Source: a bacterium (GTDB lineage: Bacteria > Bacillota_I > Bacilli_A > RF39 > UBA660). From it: a stretch of 55,324 nt of DNA. The translations under genes and the position numbers were made by a program. The stretch is taken from NCBI GenBank assembly GCA_019421005.1, contig JAHZGA010000003.1, forward strand, positions 1-55,324. The letters run 5' to 3'. The notes beneath the pieces were generated by a model that saw only the letters and a program-made list of their open reading frames with translations, ran no database searches and was not told where the DNA came from. Position 1 is the first letter of the stretch. Every line of letters begins with the position of its first letter. Shown one piece after another: positions 39,909 to 49,732 of the stretch.

Positions 39909-42080
39909 CTATAAGTTACTATTAATTCTTTTTATTATTTTTTTTATATCTTCTTTATTTTCATCTAATAAATCAATTTTATAATTAGTAATTCCTATTT
40001 GTTTTAAATAGTTAATTCTATCTATTAAATCAACTTTTTTATGGTTAAATATTTTATTAAATCCATCTTCAATTATAATTTTATATTTATTATTAAATCT
40101 ATCAATTAAGTAATATGAATTATTATCTTTAATTAATGAATATTTCATTATCATTAGTTCTAAATATCCATAAATAACTATTTCTAAATTTGATGGATTT
40201 AAATATTTTAAATAATCAAGTTCAATTTCTGGTGATAAAACAATTCTTTTAACATTGTTTTCTTTTAATAATTTAATACTTGAATTATTAACAACATTTA
40301 AATAGTATTCTGTAATAATATCATTATTTTTTGAATAGGAAAATAAACCACCTAATTCAGTTACTAATAATTTTTCATTTTGCATTTTTTTAATGTTTCC
40401 ATTAACTCTTGGGAGTTTATAATAAATATTACCAAGATGTTTATATTTTAGATATAAGTTATAATCACTTAAATAGATATCATTTATTTTTTCATTAATT
40501 AAAGTTTTTAATTGTTCTTCATTTCTTACTAAAAAATTAATAGTTACTTTATTATTTTTAGTTTTATTTTCATCTCTTTTTATATCATTAATAATGATAT
40601 CTTTTTTTATTTTAGTTCTTTCTTTGATTAATAAATCAACTAAATTTCTTCTTATATTGTTAAGCTCACTTAATGGGATAAAAATATTATCATCGATATC
40701 AATTTCTATTTTGTTTATGATAAATGGAGTATTACCTAGTTTTTCTAATTTATCTAAAATATCTTTTTTAGTAGTTTCTTTTTTAAGGGCTTTATTAATT
40801 ATGTTACCTTTAGATACTACTTTATTAATTCCATCAGACATTGTTATTATTAAATTATCATTTATTTTAGCTTTTACATTATAGTTAATTTTTATTTTCT
40901 TTTTATCATAATTTTCTAAACTTTTATTTAATTTAGCATCAATTGTTTTTAGAACTATATCTTTTGTTTTTAAATTTATTTTGTTATCTAAATATAAAGT
41001 TTGACCTTTTTTTAATCCATTAACTAGTAAATCTTTATCATTATATATTTTATTAACCATCATTCCTAAATTATTATTCTTAAATCTTATTCCATCGTTT
41101 ATATTAATATCATCAGTTAATTTAATTTTTATTTTTTTTCTATTTACAGATATAACTTTTCCTATTTCAATTCCTAAATGATTAGGACTTTCAGGGTTTA
41201 TAATGAAATCATTAAATAAGTATCCAGATGTAAATTTACGATTAAATAATTTTTTTAAGTTTTTTTCTTCCTCTAATGTAAGAGTTAAAGGTTCATTATT
41301 ATAATATTTATCAATTAAGTTGCGGTATAACTTGGTTACATATCCAACATATGCTGGACTTTTCATTCTTCCTTCTATTTTTAATGATTTTATATTACTA
41401 TCTAAAATTTCTTTTAAATGTTTAGTTGTATTTAATTCTTTGGTACTTATGAGATATTTATTATCAATCACTTCATTATTTTTAATTAATTTATAGGGAA
41501 GGCGGCATGAACCAACACATGAGCCTCTATTACCACTTCTACCACCATTTAAACTACTAAATAAGCAGCACCCTGAATAGCATACACATAAAGCTCCATG
41601 GATAAAAATTTCTTTTTCTAAATTGGTTTTTAAATTATTAATTTCAGTTAATGACATTTCCCTATCTAAAACAATTCTAGTTACACCTATTTGTTTTAAA
41701 AATTTAATTCCTTCATCATTATGATTATGACATTGAGTTGAAGCATGAATTTCTAAATTAGGAAACATTTGATGGACTAAAAAAATCATTCCAATATCTT
41801 GCATAATTACAGCATCAATTCCATTTTTATATAAAAATTTAATATATGATAAAAATTCTTCAACTTCGTGTTCAAAGATAATGGTATTAACAGTTACATA
41901 TATTTTTACACCATAAAGATGACAATAGTTAATTGCCTTAATCATTTCCTCATTGGTAAAGTTTTTAGAATATGCTCTTGCACCAAAGTTTTTACCACCT
42001 AAATATACAGCATCTGCACCGTTGTTTACAGCCTGATATAACATTTCTTTATTTCCAACTGGACTTAAAAGTTCAACCAT
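39909..42080 (-). CDS. U32-family peptidase-like protein (long, fused form)
   Basis: U32 signature EIFIHGALCVCYSGCCLFSS. The ATG at 42080 (MVELLSP) is preceded by SD AAGGAG. Confidence 0.85.
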   Translation of the reverse strand: MVELLSPVGNKEMLYQAVNNGADAVYLGGKNFGARAYSKNFTNEEMIKAINYCHLYGVKIYVTVNTIIFEHEVEEFLSYIKFLYKNGIDAVIMQDIGMIFLVHQMFPNLEIHASTQCHNHNDEGIKFLKQIGVTRIVLDREMSLTEINNLKTNLEKEIFIHGALCVCYSGCCLFSSLNGGRSGNRGSCVGSCRLPYKLIKNNEVIDNKYLISTKELNTTKHLKEILDSNIKSLKIEGRMKSPAYVGYVTKLYRNLIDKYYNNEPLTLTLEEEKNLKKLFNRKFTSGYLFNDFIINPESPNHLGIEIGKVISVNRKKIKIKLTDDININDGIRFKNNNLGMMVNKIYNDKDLLVNGLKKGQTLYLDNKINLKTKDIVLKTIDAKLNKSLENYDKKKIKINYNVKAKINDNLIITMSDGINKVVSKGNIINKALKKETTKKDILDKLEKLGNTPFIINKIEIDIDDNIFIPLSELNNIRRNLVDLLIKERTKIKKDIIINDIKRDENKTKNNKVTINFLVRNEEQLKTLINEKINDIYLSDYNLYLKYKHLGNIYYKLPRVNGNIKKMQNEKLLVTELGGLFSYSKNNDIITEYYLNVVNNSSIKLLKENNVKRIVLSPEIELDYLKYLNPSNLEIVIYGYLELMIMKYSLIKDNNSYYLIDRFNNKYKIIIEDGFNKIFNHKKVDLIDRINYLKQIGITNYKIDLLDENKEDIKKIIKRINSNL

Positions 42081-42144
42081 ATATAACAACTCCTTGTAAA
42101 TTTATTATAAATGATTTTATTAAATATTTCAATTGAAAAAACTA

Positions 42145-43554
42145 TCAATCAATGATAGTTTCTAAATTTTGTTTATATTCTCTTATATTATTTTTATATT
42201 CCTCTATTTGAGATTTTAATTCTTCGTTTTCTTGTTCTAATTGATCATTTCTTTCTTCTAAATAATCTTCACTATTTTGTTCTTCATATAAATAATTATG
42301 TTTTAATTTATTTAAGTTTTCTTCATTACCATAAACATTTACTTTTATATTTTGTAGTTCACCATAGTTATAAAATTTATTAGATTTTAAATTTTTTAAA
42401 ATTAATTCTAGATATTTTTTATTATTTTTAGAATATCCATTAATACTTACAAAATTATCATATTCATAAATATTACCTTGATAATATTCTTTATAATATT
42501 TTATGTTTACTACAATTACATCATTTAAGTTATTATCAACTATATATTCTGTATGATAAAAATTATTTTCAAAAGATAATTTATCAGTCATTTTTATTTC
42601 TTTTGTTACTTCTTCTATTTTTTCATTAGGAACTTTATTAATATAATTTATTTTAGATATTTCAATCATAAATATTCCAAATGATAAACCAATTCCAACA
42701 AGAGAGATTAAAAAAGTAATTAGAAATTTTTTAGTATTATTTTTCCTATTGAATAGAAAATTAATTATTAATTCTAGTATTAAAATGTTTAATAAAATTA
42801 GAAAGCTTATCATTAAAAATATTCCTAAATAGAATATTCCTTTAAATATTAAAGCAATATTGACTATAAATGATGTACATAATAATAGTAATGAAAATAC
42901 TAAAGGAAGTGAGAAGAAGCAAATCATTATTTTAATACATACCAATACTATTACCCCTAATGTATTAAAAATAGGATGGTTTTTAGTTTCTATTTTTTCG
43001 TTTTTTTCTTCTTTTGATGTTACTTCATAGTTATCTAAATAGGCAATTTTTAAAATATATACAAATATTAAAATATAGAGAATATAGTAACAAATATTTA
43101 CTAATAAATTAAATATTTGAGATATAAATTCAGTTAATTTATCATTTGCTAAAACATTTATAATATTATGTACTGCTGTTTTAATTCCATCAAATGGTAT
43201 TCTAAGGAGAAGTAGCCCTAGGGCAATTAAAAACATAATAAATATACAGTTAACTGTTTGTTTAAATGTAAAAGCTTTAAACATTTCAAAAGTTTTTTTA
43301 ATTAGTTCTAAAGTTGTATCAATTAAGTTTAATTTTTTCTTTTCACTTATATTGATAATTTCATCGTTGGTAAGTTCATCTAGACTACATTTAAATATTT
43401 TTGAAAGAGCAATTAACTTATCCATTTCAGGATATGTTTGACCAGATTCCCATTTAGAAACTGATTGTCTAGTTACATCAAGCATATCGGCAAGTTGTTC
43501 TTGCGACATTTTATTTTCTTTTCTTAAATTTTGGAGTTTTTCATTGAAACTCAT
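42145..43554 (-). CDS. XRE-family HTH regulator fused to a polytopic membrane domain and a C-terminal coiled coil
   Basis: HTH MSQEQLADMLDVTRQSVSKWESGQTYPEMDKL and at least six hydrophobic segments. C-terminal heptad-like NDQLEQENEELKSQIEEYKNNIREYKQ. SD AGGTGAT. Confidence 0.75.
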   Translation of the reverse strand: MSFNEKLQNLRKENKMSQEQLADMLDVTRQSVSKWESGQTYPEMDKLIALSKIFKCSLDELTNDEIINISEKKKLNLIDTTLELIKKTFEMFKAFTFKQTVNCIFIMFLIALGLLLLRIPFDGIKTAVHNIINVLANDKLTEFISQIFNLLVNICYYILYILIFVYILKIAYLDNYEVTSKEEKNEKIETKNHPIFNTLGVIVLVCIKIMICFFSLPLVFSLLLLCTSFIVNIALIFKGIFYLGIFLMISFLILLNILILELIINFLFNRKNNTKKFLITFLISLVGIGLSFGIFMIEISKINYINKVPNEKIEEVTKEIKMTDKLSFENNFYHTEYIVDNNLNDVIVVNIKYYKEYYQGNIYEYDNFVSINGYSKNNKKYLELILKNLKSNKFYNYGELQNIKVNVYGNEENLNKLKHNYLYEEQNSEDYLEERNDQLEQENEELKSQIEEYKNNIREYKQNLETIID

Positions 43555-43713
43555 AATATCACCTCAAAAACATTTTACTATGTATAGTGGGTTTTAATCT
43601 ACCACTTTTTAGTTGTTTTTTGTCAATTTTCGGTTGCATGTTTATTATTTTATCAAATTTTTGAGATAAATTCTATATTACCATTTGCAATATTTAAAAT
43701 TTACTATAAAGCA

Positions 43714-43739
43714 AAAGGAAGAGCAATAACTCTTCCTTT
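43714..43739 (-). terminator. Intrinsic terminator downstream of the 83-aa ORF
   Basis: aaaggaagag-caataa-ctcttccttt, a 10-bp stem with T/A runs on both sides. Confidence 0.65.
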
Positions 43740-43811
43740 TGAAATACCTCTACCAAGTGTAAAATACACCTGCAACAATCTAAAGTAATTTAATTATACC
43801 ATTTCTAGTGG

Positions 43812-44063
43812 TTAAGTCAATACTTTTTCACGATTTTCTTTAGATTTATTATTAACAATGTCTTGTCTTTTTATAGGTTTTATATTACTTTTATTTGTTT
43901 CTTTTATCTCTTCAAAAGCGTAATATTTTTTGATTATTTTAATTATCTCATCATTATCTTTTTTAGTAATAGTTCCTGTTTCAGTATTTTTGACACTTCT
44001 TCTTGCTTTTTTAGATTTGTTTTTATCATTACTTAAATGTAATGAATAAGATAATTCTTCCAT
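43812..44063 (-). CDS. Hypothetical small basic protein (83 aa)
   Basis: ORF from the ATG at 44063 (MEELSYSLHL...). Lys-rich, with a weak SD and no recognisable domain. Confidence 0.35.
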   Translation of the reverse strand: MEELSYSLHLSNDKNKSKKARRSVKNTETGTITKKDNDEIIKIIKKYYAFEEIKETNKSNIKPIKRQDIVNNKSKENREKVLT

Positions 44064-44089
44064 ATTTTTATTACCCACTTTAAGATGTA

Positions 44090-44115
44090 TAATAAAAAAT
44101 CCTTTAAAAGGATTT
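44090..44115 (-). terminator. Intrinsic terminator of the 402-aa gene (stop codon in the loop)
   Basis: Minus strand AAATCCTT-TTA-AAGGATTT followed by TTTTTATT. Confidence 0.65.
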
Positions 44116-45312
44116 CGTTTTTGTTTTAACTGAATTACTAATAAGAACTTGACTTGAAGCGATTTCAGCAACATTGTCTAATGGATTACCACTTAATAAT
44201 CTTTTTATAAATGTTTCTGGCGATTTTATTCTAAATTTTTTACCAAATTGTTCTAAATGATTATGAATTGCAAGTTCAATGTCTAACACATTATCATAAT
44301 TATTTTTTAATTGTTGCAATTCTTTTTTTACTCCTATGCTATTTCTACCAACAGTATATACAATGTTTCCTTTGCTACTTTCTTTATGATTTTTTTCTTT
44401 AGTTTGTTTAAATTCATCAAAACATTTTAATTCAGCATTAGGATTAACTTTTTTTATTGCTTTGATATATATTTCTCTAATTTGATCTAATAACAATTGG
44501 TATTCATTATAAACATTCTTTTGAAGTTCTTTGTTTTTTATAAATGAAATTAATTTATTATTTCTATTATTTTCTAATGATTGTGATGCCATTTCAAATT
44601 GAGTTGTGTCTAAACCATAATTTTTTTTAAAAAATTCTAAAAATTGTTTATCAATAACTTTTTTATTACTACATAAACTTAAAACTCTTTCAATTCTTTT
44701 AATATCTAAAAGTTCACTCATTAACATTAATTCTTTTTGTTTATTTTTATTATTTTTTTTAACATCTTCGATATTATAGTTTTTACCATTTGTTAAATCT
44801 TGTTTGGCATTTTCATATTTTTTTAATAATACTTGATATTGAGCTATCATATCAATAAATTGTTCTAAAGTTTTTTCATCATTTAAGTCTACAATTTCAC
44901 TATATTCAAACATTTTTTTATAGCTATCATAATGTCCACTTCTTTTTAAAAGATCTTCTCTTATATCACATAAGCTATATTGTTCAATTATTTGTAAATC
45001 ATTAGATAATATAAGAACTTCTTTTTGTAAAAGTTCTATTGCTTCTTTTAATTCTTTTATTCTATTAATATCTTCTAAAGATTTTTTTTCAAGTAAATTT
45101 AACCTTTTTAATTCTTCTTCATTATTTTTAAGTTTGTTTTTACAATCTTCTAATTTTATTAATAATTTATAAATATTATCATCATTAATTCTTTTTAAAT
45201 CTTCATCAGTTAAATTTAAATATCTATATAGACTTTCTTCAAAAGAATGTTTTTTTTCTAATTTATCATAAAATAATTTTTGAAATTCAGTTAATTTATT
45301 TTTATCTACCAT
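44104..45312 (-). CDS. Hypothetical coiled-coil-rich protein (402 aa)
   Basis: Strong SD AAAGGAGGAA. Long K/E/L/N-rich helical sequence with no recognisable catalytic motif. Confidence 0.6.
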   Translation of the reverse strand: MVDKNKLTEFQKLFYDKLEKKHSFEESLYRYLNLTDEDLKRINDDNIYKLLIKLEDCKNKLKNNEEELKRLNLLEKKSLEDINRIKELKEAIELLQKEVLILSNDLQIIEQYSLCDIREDLLKRSGHYDSYKKMFEYSEIVDLNDEKTLEQFIDMIAQYQVLLKKYENAKQDLTNGKNYNIEDVKKNNKNKQKELMLMSELLDIKRIERVLSLCSNKKVIDKQFLEFFKKNYGLDTTQFEMASQSLENNRNNKLISFIKNKELQKNVYNEYQLLLDQIREIYIKAIKKVNPNAELKCFDEFKQTKEKNHKESSKGNIVYTVGRNSIGVKKELQQLKNNYDNVLDIELAIHNHLEQFGKKFRIKSPETFIKRLLSGNPLDNVAEIASSQVLISNSVKTKTKSF

Positions 45313-45339
45313 TTTTATTCCTCCTTTAGTGGTTCTGAT

Positions 45340-45368
45340 ATAATATCATATTTTTTAATTTTATGCAA
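45340..45368 (-). promoter_or_regulatory. Candidate promoter of the 402-aa gene (TTGCAT-17-TGaTATTAT)
   Basis: TTGCAT at 45368-63, 17-nt spacer, extended -10 TGATATTAT (hexamer at 45345-40), about 20 nt upstream of the SD. Confidence 0.5.
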
Positions 45369-45395
45369 GTTACTAATTTTTAATAACTTTAATTT

Positions 45396-45773
45396 TTAAT
45401 TAAAGGCTAATTCAATAGAAATTTCTTCATCCAAATAAGCAATTATTAAAAATATTATTCCACTTATTAACACTAAAGAAGAACCTATAAAGGCTAAAAA
45501 GGTTAAAATTATTTTTTTATCAGTATCAGTTTCATTTAAATTTTTAAGGTTTTTATAATCACTATTAGCAAAATAATAATATATTATAACTAATATAGAG
45601 AAAATTAAAATTATTGTATTTTGATAGTTTTTTCTTGCTTCTTCATCATCATATAAAATGAATTTTTTTTCTAATTCATTTGCATAAAAACTTAAAATAA
45701 TAATTCCTATATAAATAATCCAAATATAGTTTTCAATTTTTATATCTTTTAATCTATTTAGTTTTTCTTCCAT
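45396..45773 (-). CDS. Hypothetical membrane protein (125 aa, three hydrophobic segments)
   Basis: ORF with three TM-like segments. No clear SD. Confidence 0.45.
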   Translation of the reverse strand: MEEKLNRLKDIKIENYIWIIYIGIIILSFYANELEKKFILYDDEEARKNYQNTIILIFSILVIIYYYFANSDYKNLKNLNETDTDKKIILTFLAFIGSSLVLISGIIFLIIAYLDEEISIELAFN

Positions 45774-45803
45774 ATTTAATTTTATTTAAACTATTAAAAA
45801 AAA

Positions 45804-46652
45804 TTAGAATTTATTTTTTAAATATTCTTCTAATTCTTCTTTAATATCATCTCGTTTTAATCCAATTTCTATTATTGCTTTAATGAAGCCTATTTTATTA
45901 CCTATATCATAATATTCTCCATCATATTTACAAGCATAAAAATCTTCATCTTTCATTAATTCTTTAATTGCATCAGTAAGTTGATATTCTTTGTTATTTA
46001 ATTTAATTTTTTCTAGCTTTTCAAAAATAGAACTTTTAAATATATATCTTCCTGAAATTGCTATATTACTTGGAGCAGATGTTATTTCAGGTTTTTCGAT
46101 TATACTTTTTATTTTTTGACCGTTTTCAAATTCAATAATTCCATAACGGTTTACTTCTTCTCTTAATACTTCTTTCGCGCCTATTATGTTACCATCATAT
46201 TTTTCATATAATTCAATCAGTTGTTTTAATACTGGTTTTTTAGCTATTGTTAAGTCATCTCCGTATAAAACAGCAAATGAATTATCTTTTATATAGTTTT
46301 TAGCTAAATAAACTGCATGACCACTTCCTTTTGGTTCTAGTTGTTCTATATAATGAATATTACATAATTGACAAATATTTTTTACTTGATTTAATTCTTT
46401 AATTTTTTGGTAATTTTTTAAATGATTTTCTAATTTTTCATTACGTTCAAAATATTTTTTTATTTCTGGTTTCAAGGGATTAGTTATTAAGTAAACATCT
46501 TTAATTCCACTTTCAATACATTCTTCTATAATGTATTGTAAATTGGGTTTATCAATGATTGGAAATAACTCTTTAGGTATTCCTTTAGTAGCAGGTAAAA
46601 ACCTAGTTCCCATACCAGCACAACAAATAACTGCTTTGGTAATTTTTTTCAT
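45804..46652 (-). CDS. galU: UTP--glucose-1-phosphate uridylyltransferase
   Basis: N-terminal motif AGMGTRFLPATKGIPKE and full GalU-like length. Confidence 0.93.
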   Translation of the reverse strand: MKKITKAVICCAGMGTRFLPATKGIPKELFPIIDKPNLQYIIEECIESGIKDVYLITNPLKPEIKKYFERNEKLENHLKNYQKIKELNQVKNICQLCNIHYIEQLEPKGSGHAVYLAKNYIKDNSFAVLYGDDLTIAKKPVLKQLIELYEKYDGNIIGAKEVLREEVNRYGIIEFENGQKIKSIIEKPEITSAPSNIAISGRYIFKSSIFEKLEKIKLNNKEYQLTDAIKELMKDEDFYACKYDGEYYDIGNKIGFIKAIIEIGLKRDDIKEELEEYLKNKF

Positions 46653-46804
46653 TTTTCTTTACTTAGAGCATCCCATACGACTTTAAAAATAAATACACCA
46701 AATAAAAAACAAGCGAGCCAAAAAATTGGGTTATCATGATATTCAAAAAATAAATCAGATACCTTTCTTCTTAAATGTTCTATTCTATCTATAATTGTTA
46801 ACAT
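46649..46804 (-). CDS. Unannotated 51-aa small membrane protein, translationally coupled between pcrA and galU
   Basis: The ATG at 46804 lies 3 nt after the pcrA stop, with GGAAGGTG upstream. Sequence MLTIIDRIEHLRRKVSDLFFEYHDNPIFWLACFLFGVFIFKVVWDALSKEK has one TM. Its TGA overlaps the galU ATG (ATGA). It is below the ORF-track length cutoff. Confidence 0.5.
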   Translation of the reverse strand: MLTIIDRIEHLRRKVSDLFFEYHDNPIFWLACFLFGVFIFKVVWDALSKEK

Positions 46805-46806
46805 AT

Positions 46807-48894
46807 TTACACCTTCCTATAACTTTTATGACCTTTCATAATTTGTTTTATTCCATGAGGATGTTTAAAGGCAATAGTAAGAATTGATTTATCTACACCG
46901 ACTACTATTCCTTCACCATATTTATCATGTATTACATGGTCACCAACTTTATATTCAATAGTTTTATCAATCATTATTTCTTTTTTAAATTTATTTGTTA
47001 ATAATACTCTATCACTTTCTAGATATTGCGTATCTATTTCTTTGACAAATCTACTTATTGGGTTAAAGTTAGTATTTCCAAATAATATTCTTTGTTTGGC
47101 ACTTACTAGATATAAATTCTTTTTAGCACGTGTTACTCCAACATAACATAGTCTTCTTTCTTCTTCAAGTTCATCATTAGCTTCAAAAGATTTACTACTT
47201 GGAAAAACACCTTCTTCTAGTCCAACAATAAATACATTATCAAATTCTAATCCTTTAGCAGCGTGCAAAGTCATTAAGGTAACAACTTCTTTATTTTGTT
47301 TATGTTCATCAATATCACTTACTAAAGATATTTCCATTAAAAATTCATCTAACATTATTATACCATTGTTTTCTTCAAATGTTTTTGTTATTGATTTAAA
47401 TTCTTCTAAATTTTCTAATCTTACTAAAGATTCAATTGTATTTTCACTTTCTAATTCTTGTCTTAATCCACTTAATTTTAATACAGCTTCTACAATTTCG
47501 GTTAAAGAACTTGTTTCTTTTAATTGAATTAACTCATCAATTAAATTTTTGAATTGTTGTTCTTTTCCCGAAGAAATAACTTCATAAATACTTTTTTTAT
47601 CACGTGTTGCTAAATCTATTAATTTTTCAATTGTTTTTAAACCAATTCCTCTTTTAGGAACATTTATAATTCTTAATAAATTTAAATCATCATCTTGATT
47701 ATAAATAACTTTTAAATAGGCAATTAAATCTTTAATTTCTTTTCTATTATAGAATGAAAACCCACCAATAATTTTATAAGGTATATTTTCTTTTAATAAA
47801 GCTTCTTCTATATTTCTTGATTGAGCATTAGTTCTATATAAAACTGCTATTTCATCTATTTCTTCGCCATTTTTAATTAATTTTTTTATTTCTTTTACTA
47901 CATAAGTAGCTTCATCTTTTTCATCAATAGCTTGATAATGTTTTATTTTAGAACCTACATCACTATCTGTCCAAAGTTTTTTTTCTTTACGACTTTTGTT
48001 ATTAGCAATTATATTATTAGCCGCATTTAATATATTTTGAGTTGAGCGGTAGTTCTTTTCTAATTTTACTACTTTAGTATTAGGATAGTCTTTTTCAAAG
48101 TTTAAAATGTTTTTATAATTGGCACCTCTCCATGAGAAAATGGTTTGATCAGGATCTCCTACTGCACATATATTTTTATTTTTAGCAACTATCATTTTAA
48201 TTAAAATATATTGAGCTTCATTAGTATCTTGATATTCATCAACTAAAACATATTTGTATTTTTGTTGATATTTTTGCAAAATTTTAGGATTATTTTTAAA
48301 TATTTTTATTGGCATTATAAGTAAGTCATCAAAATCAAAAGAATTGTTTATTTTTAGTTTTTGTTGATATTTTTGATATACTTTTAATACTACTTCTTCA
48401 AATTCGCTATTGACGTATTTTTCATAATTATATTCATCTATTAATTCGTTTTTAGCCCCGCTAATTCTACTTTTTATAGCTTTAGGATTATATATTTTAG
48501 GATCTAATCCCAAATCTTTTAGTATTCTTTTTATTAATGTTAATGAGTCATCACTGTCAATAATAGTAAAATTGCTTTTATAGTTTAATAAATCATAGTT
48601 TTCTTTTATTACAATAAGACCAAAGGCATGAAAGGTTGATATTTGCATATTATATGCAATAGGTCCAATAATTTTTACTAATCTATCTTTCATTTCTTTA
48701 GCTGCTTTATTAGTAAATGTTATAGCTAAAATGTTTTCTGGATTAATGTTATTTTCAATTAAATAGGCAATTCTAGTGGTTAAAACTTTGGTTTTACCAC
48801 TTCCTGCCCCAGCTAAAACTAATAGAGCACCATCAATTGTTGTTACAGCTTCTAATTGTTCTTTGTTTAAATTTTCAATGTTAGTCTTTAACAT
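46807..48894 (-). CDS. pcrA: ATP-dependent DNA helicase PcrA (UvrD family)
   Basis: Motifs AGAGSGKT, VDEYQDTN, TLHAAKGLEF. The ATG at 48894 (MLKTNIENLNKEQLEAV) matches the usual PcrA N-terminus. The track start 48906 is TTG. Confidence 0.95.
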   Translation of the reverse strand: MLKTNIENLNKEQLEAVTTIDGALLVLAGAGSGKTKVLTTRIAYLIENNINPENILAITFTNKAAKEMKDRLVKIIGPIAYNMQISTFHAFGLIVIKENYDLLNYKSNFTIIDSDDSLTLIKRILKDLGLDPKIYNPKAIKSRISGAKNELIDEYNYEKYVNSEFEEVVLKVYQKYQQKLKINNSFDFDDLLIMPIKIFKNNPKILQKYQQKYKYVLVDEYQDTNEAQYILIKMIVAKNKNICAVGDPDQTIFSWRGANYKNILNFEKDYPNTKVVKLEKNYRSTQNILNAANNIIANNKSRKEKKLWTDSDVGSKIKHYQAIDEKDEATYVVKEIKKLIKNGEEIDEIAVLYRTNAQSRNIEEALLKENIPYKIIGGFSFYNRKEIKDLIAYLKVIYNQDDDLNLLRIINVPKRGIGLKTIEKLIDLATRDKKSIYEVISSGKEQQFKNLIDELIQLKETSSLTEIVEAVLKLSGLRQELESENTIESLVRLENLEEFKSITKTFEENNGIIMLDEFLMEISLVSDIDEHKQNKEVVTLMTLHAAKGLEFDNVFIVGLEEGVFPSSKSFEANDELEEERRLCYVGVTRAKKNLYLVSAKQRILFGNTNFNPISRFVKEIDTQYLESDRVLLTNKFKKEIMIDKTIEYKVGDHVIHDKYGEGIVVGVDKSILTIAFKHPHGIKQIMKGHKSYRKV

Positions 48895-49081
48895 CAATAA
48901 CAACAACCTTACTAGTCTTTTTTTTGGTAAATTTATTTTTTATAAACATAATTAACCATACAATAGCTATAACTATAATTAAAAATACAAAAGCATAAAA
49001 AGATAAAATTAAGAAAATAACTGCAACAGCTATTACAAATATATATATCAAAATTAATTTTAATTTATCTAAATTATTCAT
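48881..49081 (-). CDS. Small membrane protein (66 aa, two TM segments), first gene of the pcrA operon
   Basis: Strong SD AAGGAGGG before the ATG at 49081. It overlaps the pcrA start by 14 nt. Confidence 0.55.
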   Translation of the reverse strand: MNNLDKLKLILIYIFVIAVAVIFLILSFYAFVFLIIVIAIVWLIMFIKNKFTKKKTSKVVVIDVKD

Positions 49082-49103
49082 ATCTTACCCTCCTTTCTAT
49101 ATT

Positions 49104-49132
49104 ATTATACCATGTATAATACTTTATTACAA
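49104..49132 (-). promoter_or_regulatory. Candidate promoter of the small-protein/pcrA/galU operon (TTGTAA-17-TGgTATAAT)
   Basis: TTGTAA at 49132-27, 17-nt spacer, extended -10 TGGTATAAT (hexamer at 49109-04). Confidence 0.5.
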
Positions 49133-49273
49133 TTGATTATTGTATAAATAAACATTGGTTATTTTTCTTATAATAAGGTAGCATTTCTATCTGAATAATT
49201 ATTTAATATTAAAACATTTATATGTAATTAACATCTTAAGATAAGGTTATTTTTATTACTTCGTATTAGTTAT

Positions 49274-49302
49274 AAAAAAAAAATAGGAATTAATCAATTC
49301 CC
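49274..49302 (-). terminator. Strong intrinsic terminator (GGGAATT-GATT-AATTCC + T10)
   Basis: Minus-strand hairpin at 49286-49302 followed by ten T. It would end the transcript from the module-L promoter about 115 nt upstream. Confidence 0.75.
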
Positions 49303-49368
49303 ATTAAAAATTATAGAAAGTAGGTGATACTTATGATAGAAAAAATATTTCTTTCATATGTATCACTT

Positions 49369-49497
49369 GTGTTCAATTTACTTGAACAACTATATCATAC
49401 CATATTTTTTTAGTACATTTCAAGTATTTATTTATATTTAGATTAAAAAATATTCTCTATATGTATATGTTTTTTTATTTTTGTTTTAAAATATAAC
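49369..49497 (-). repeat. Promoter/leader module, copy L (degenerate, A/L subtype)
   Basis: Aligns by eye with 51811-51925 (cttg..catatcata..ttcaagtatttatttatattta.attaaaaa.t.ttctctatatgtatatgttttt). Confidence 0.6.
49394..49423 (-). promoter_or_regulatory. Module-L promoter (TTGAAA-18-TGgTATGAT)
   Basis: TTGAAA at 49423-18 and TATGAT at 49399-94, preceded by TGG. Confidence 0.5.
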
Positions 49498-49732
49498 ATT
49501 GGTAATAATAAATCTAAAGATAATTTTAATAAATATTGACTTAAATATATATACAGTAGTTACTGAAATAATTATTAAAAAGTTTGATTTGTTAAGTTTA
49601 ATAAATTGAAAAACAAATAACTTGGTTACAAAAAATATGGCTTTGATAAAAAAGTGGCAAAAAAGCGGCAAAAATTTTTTGAACAACTATCACTCTATTA
49701 TCTTTTCAAAGATAGTAGATAGGAGTGATTTA

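Noticed and set aside
45350-45368. 14-nt match attttatgcaagtt to the repeated promoter/leader module, a possible fifth copy
   Set aside because: Here the TTGCAT serves as a -35 upstream of TGATATTAT, so the order of elements is reversed relative to the module. No further similarity extends on either side. It is treated as coincidental promoter-like sequence.
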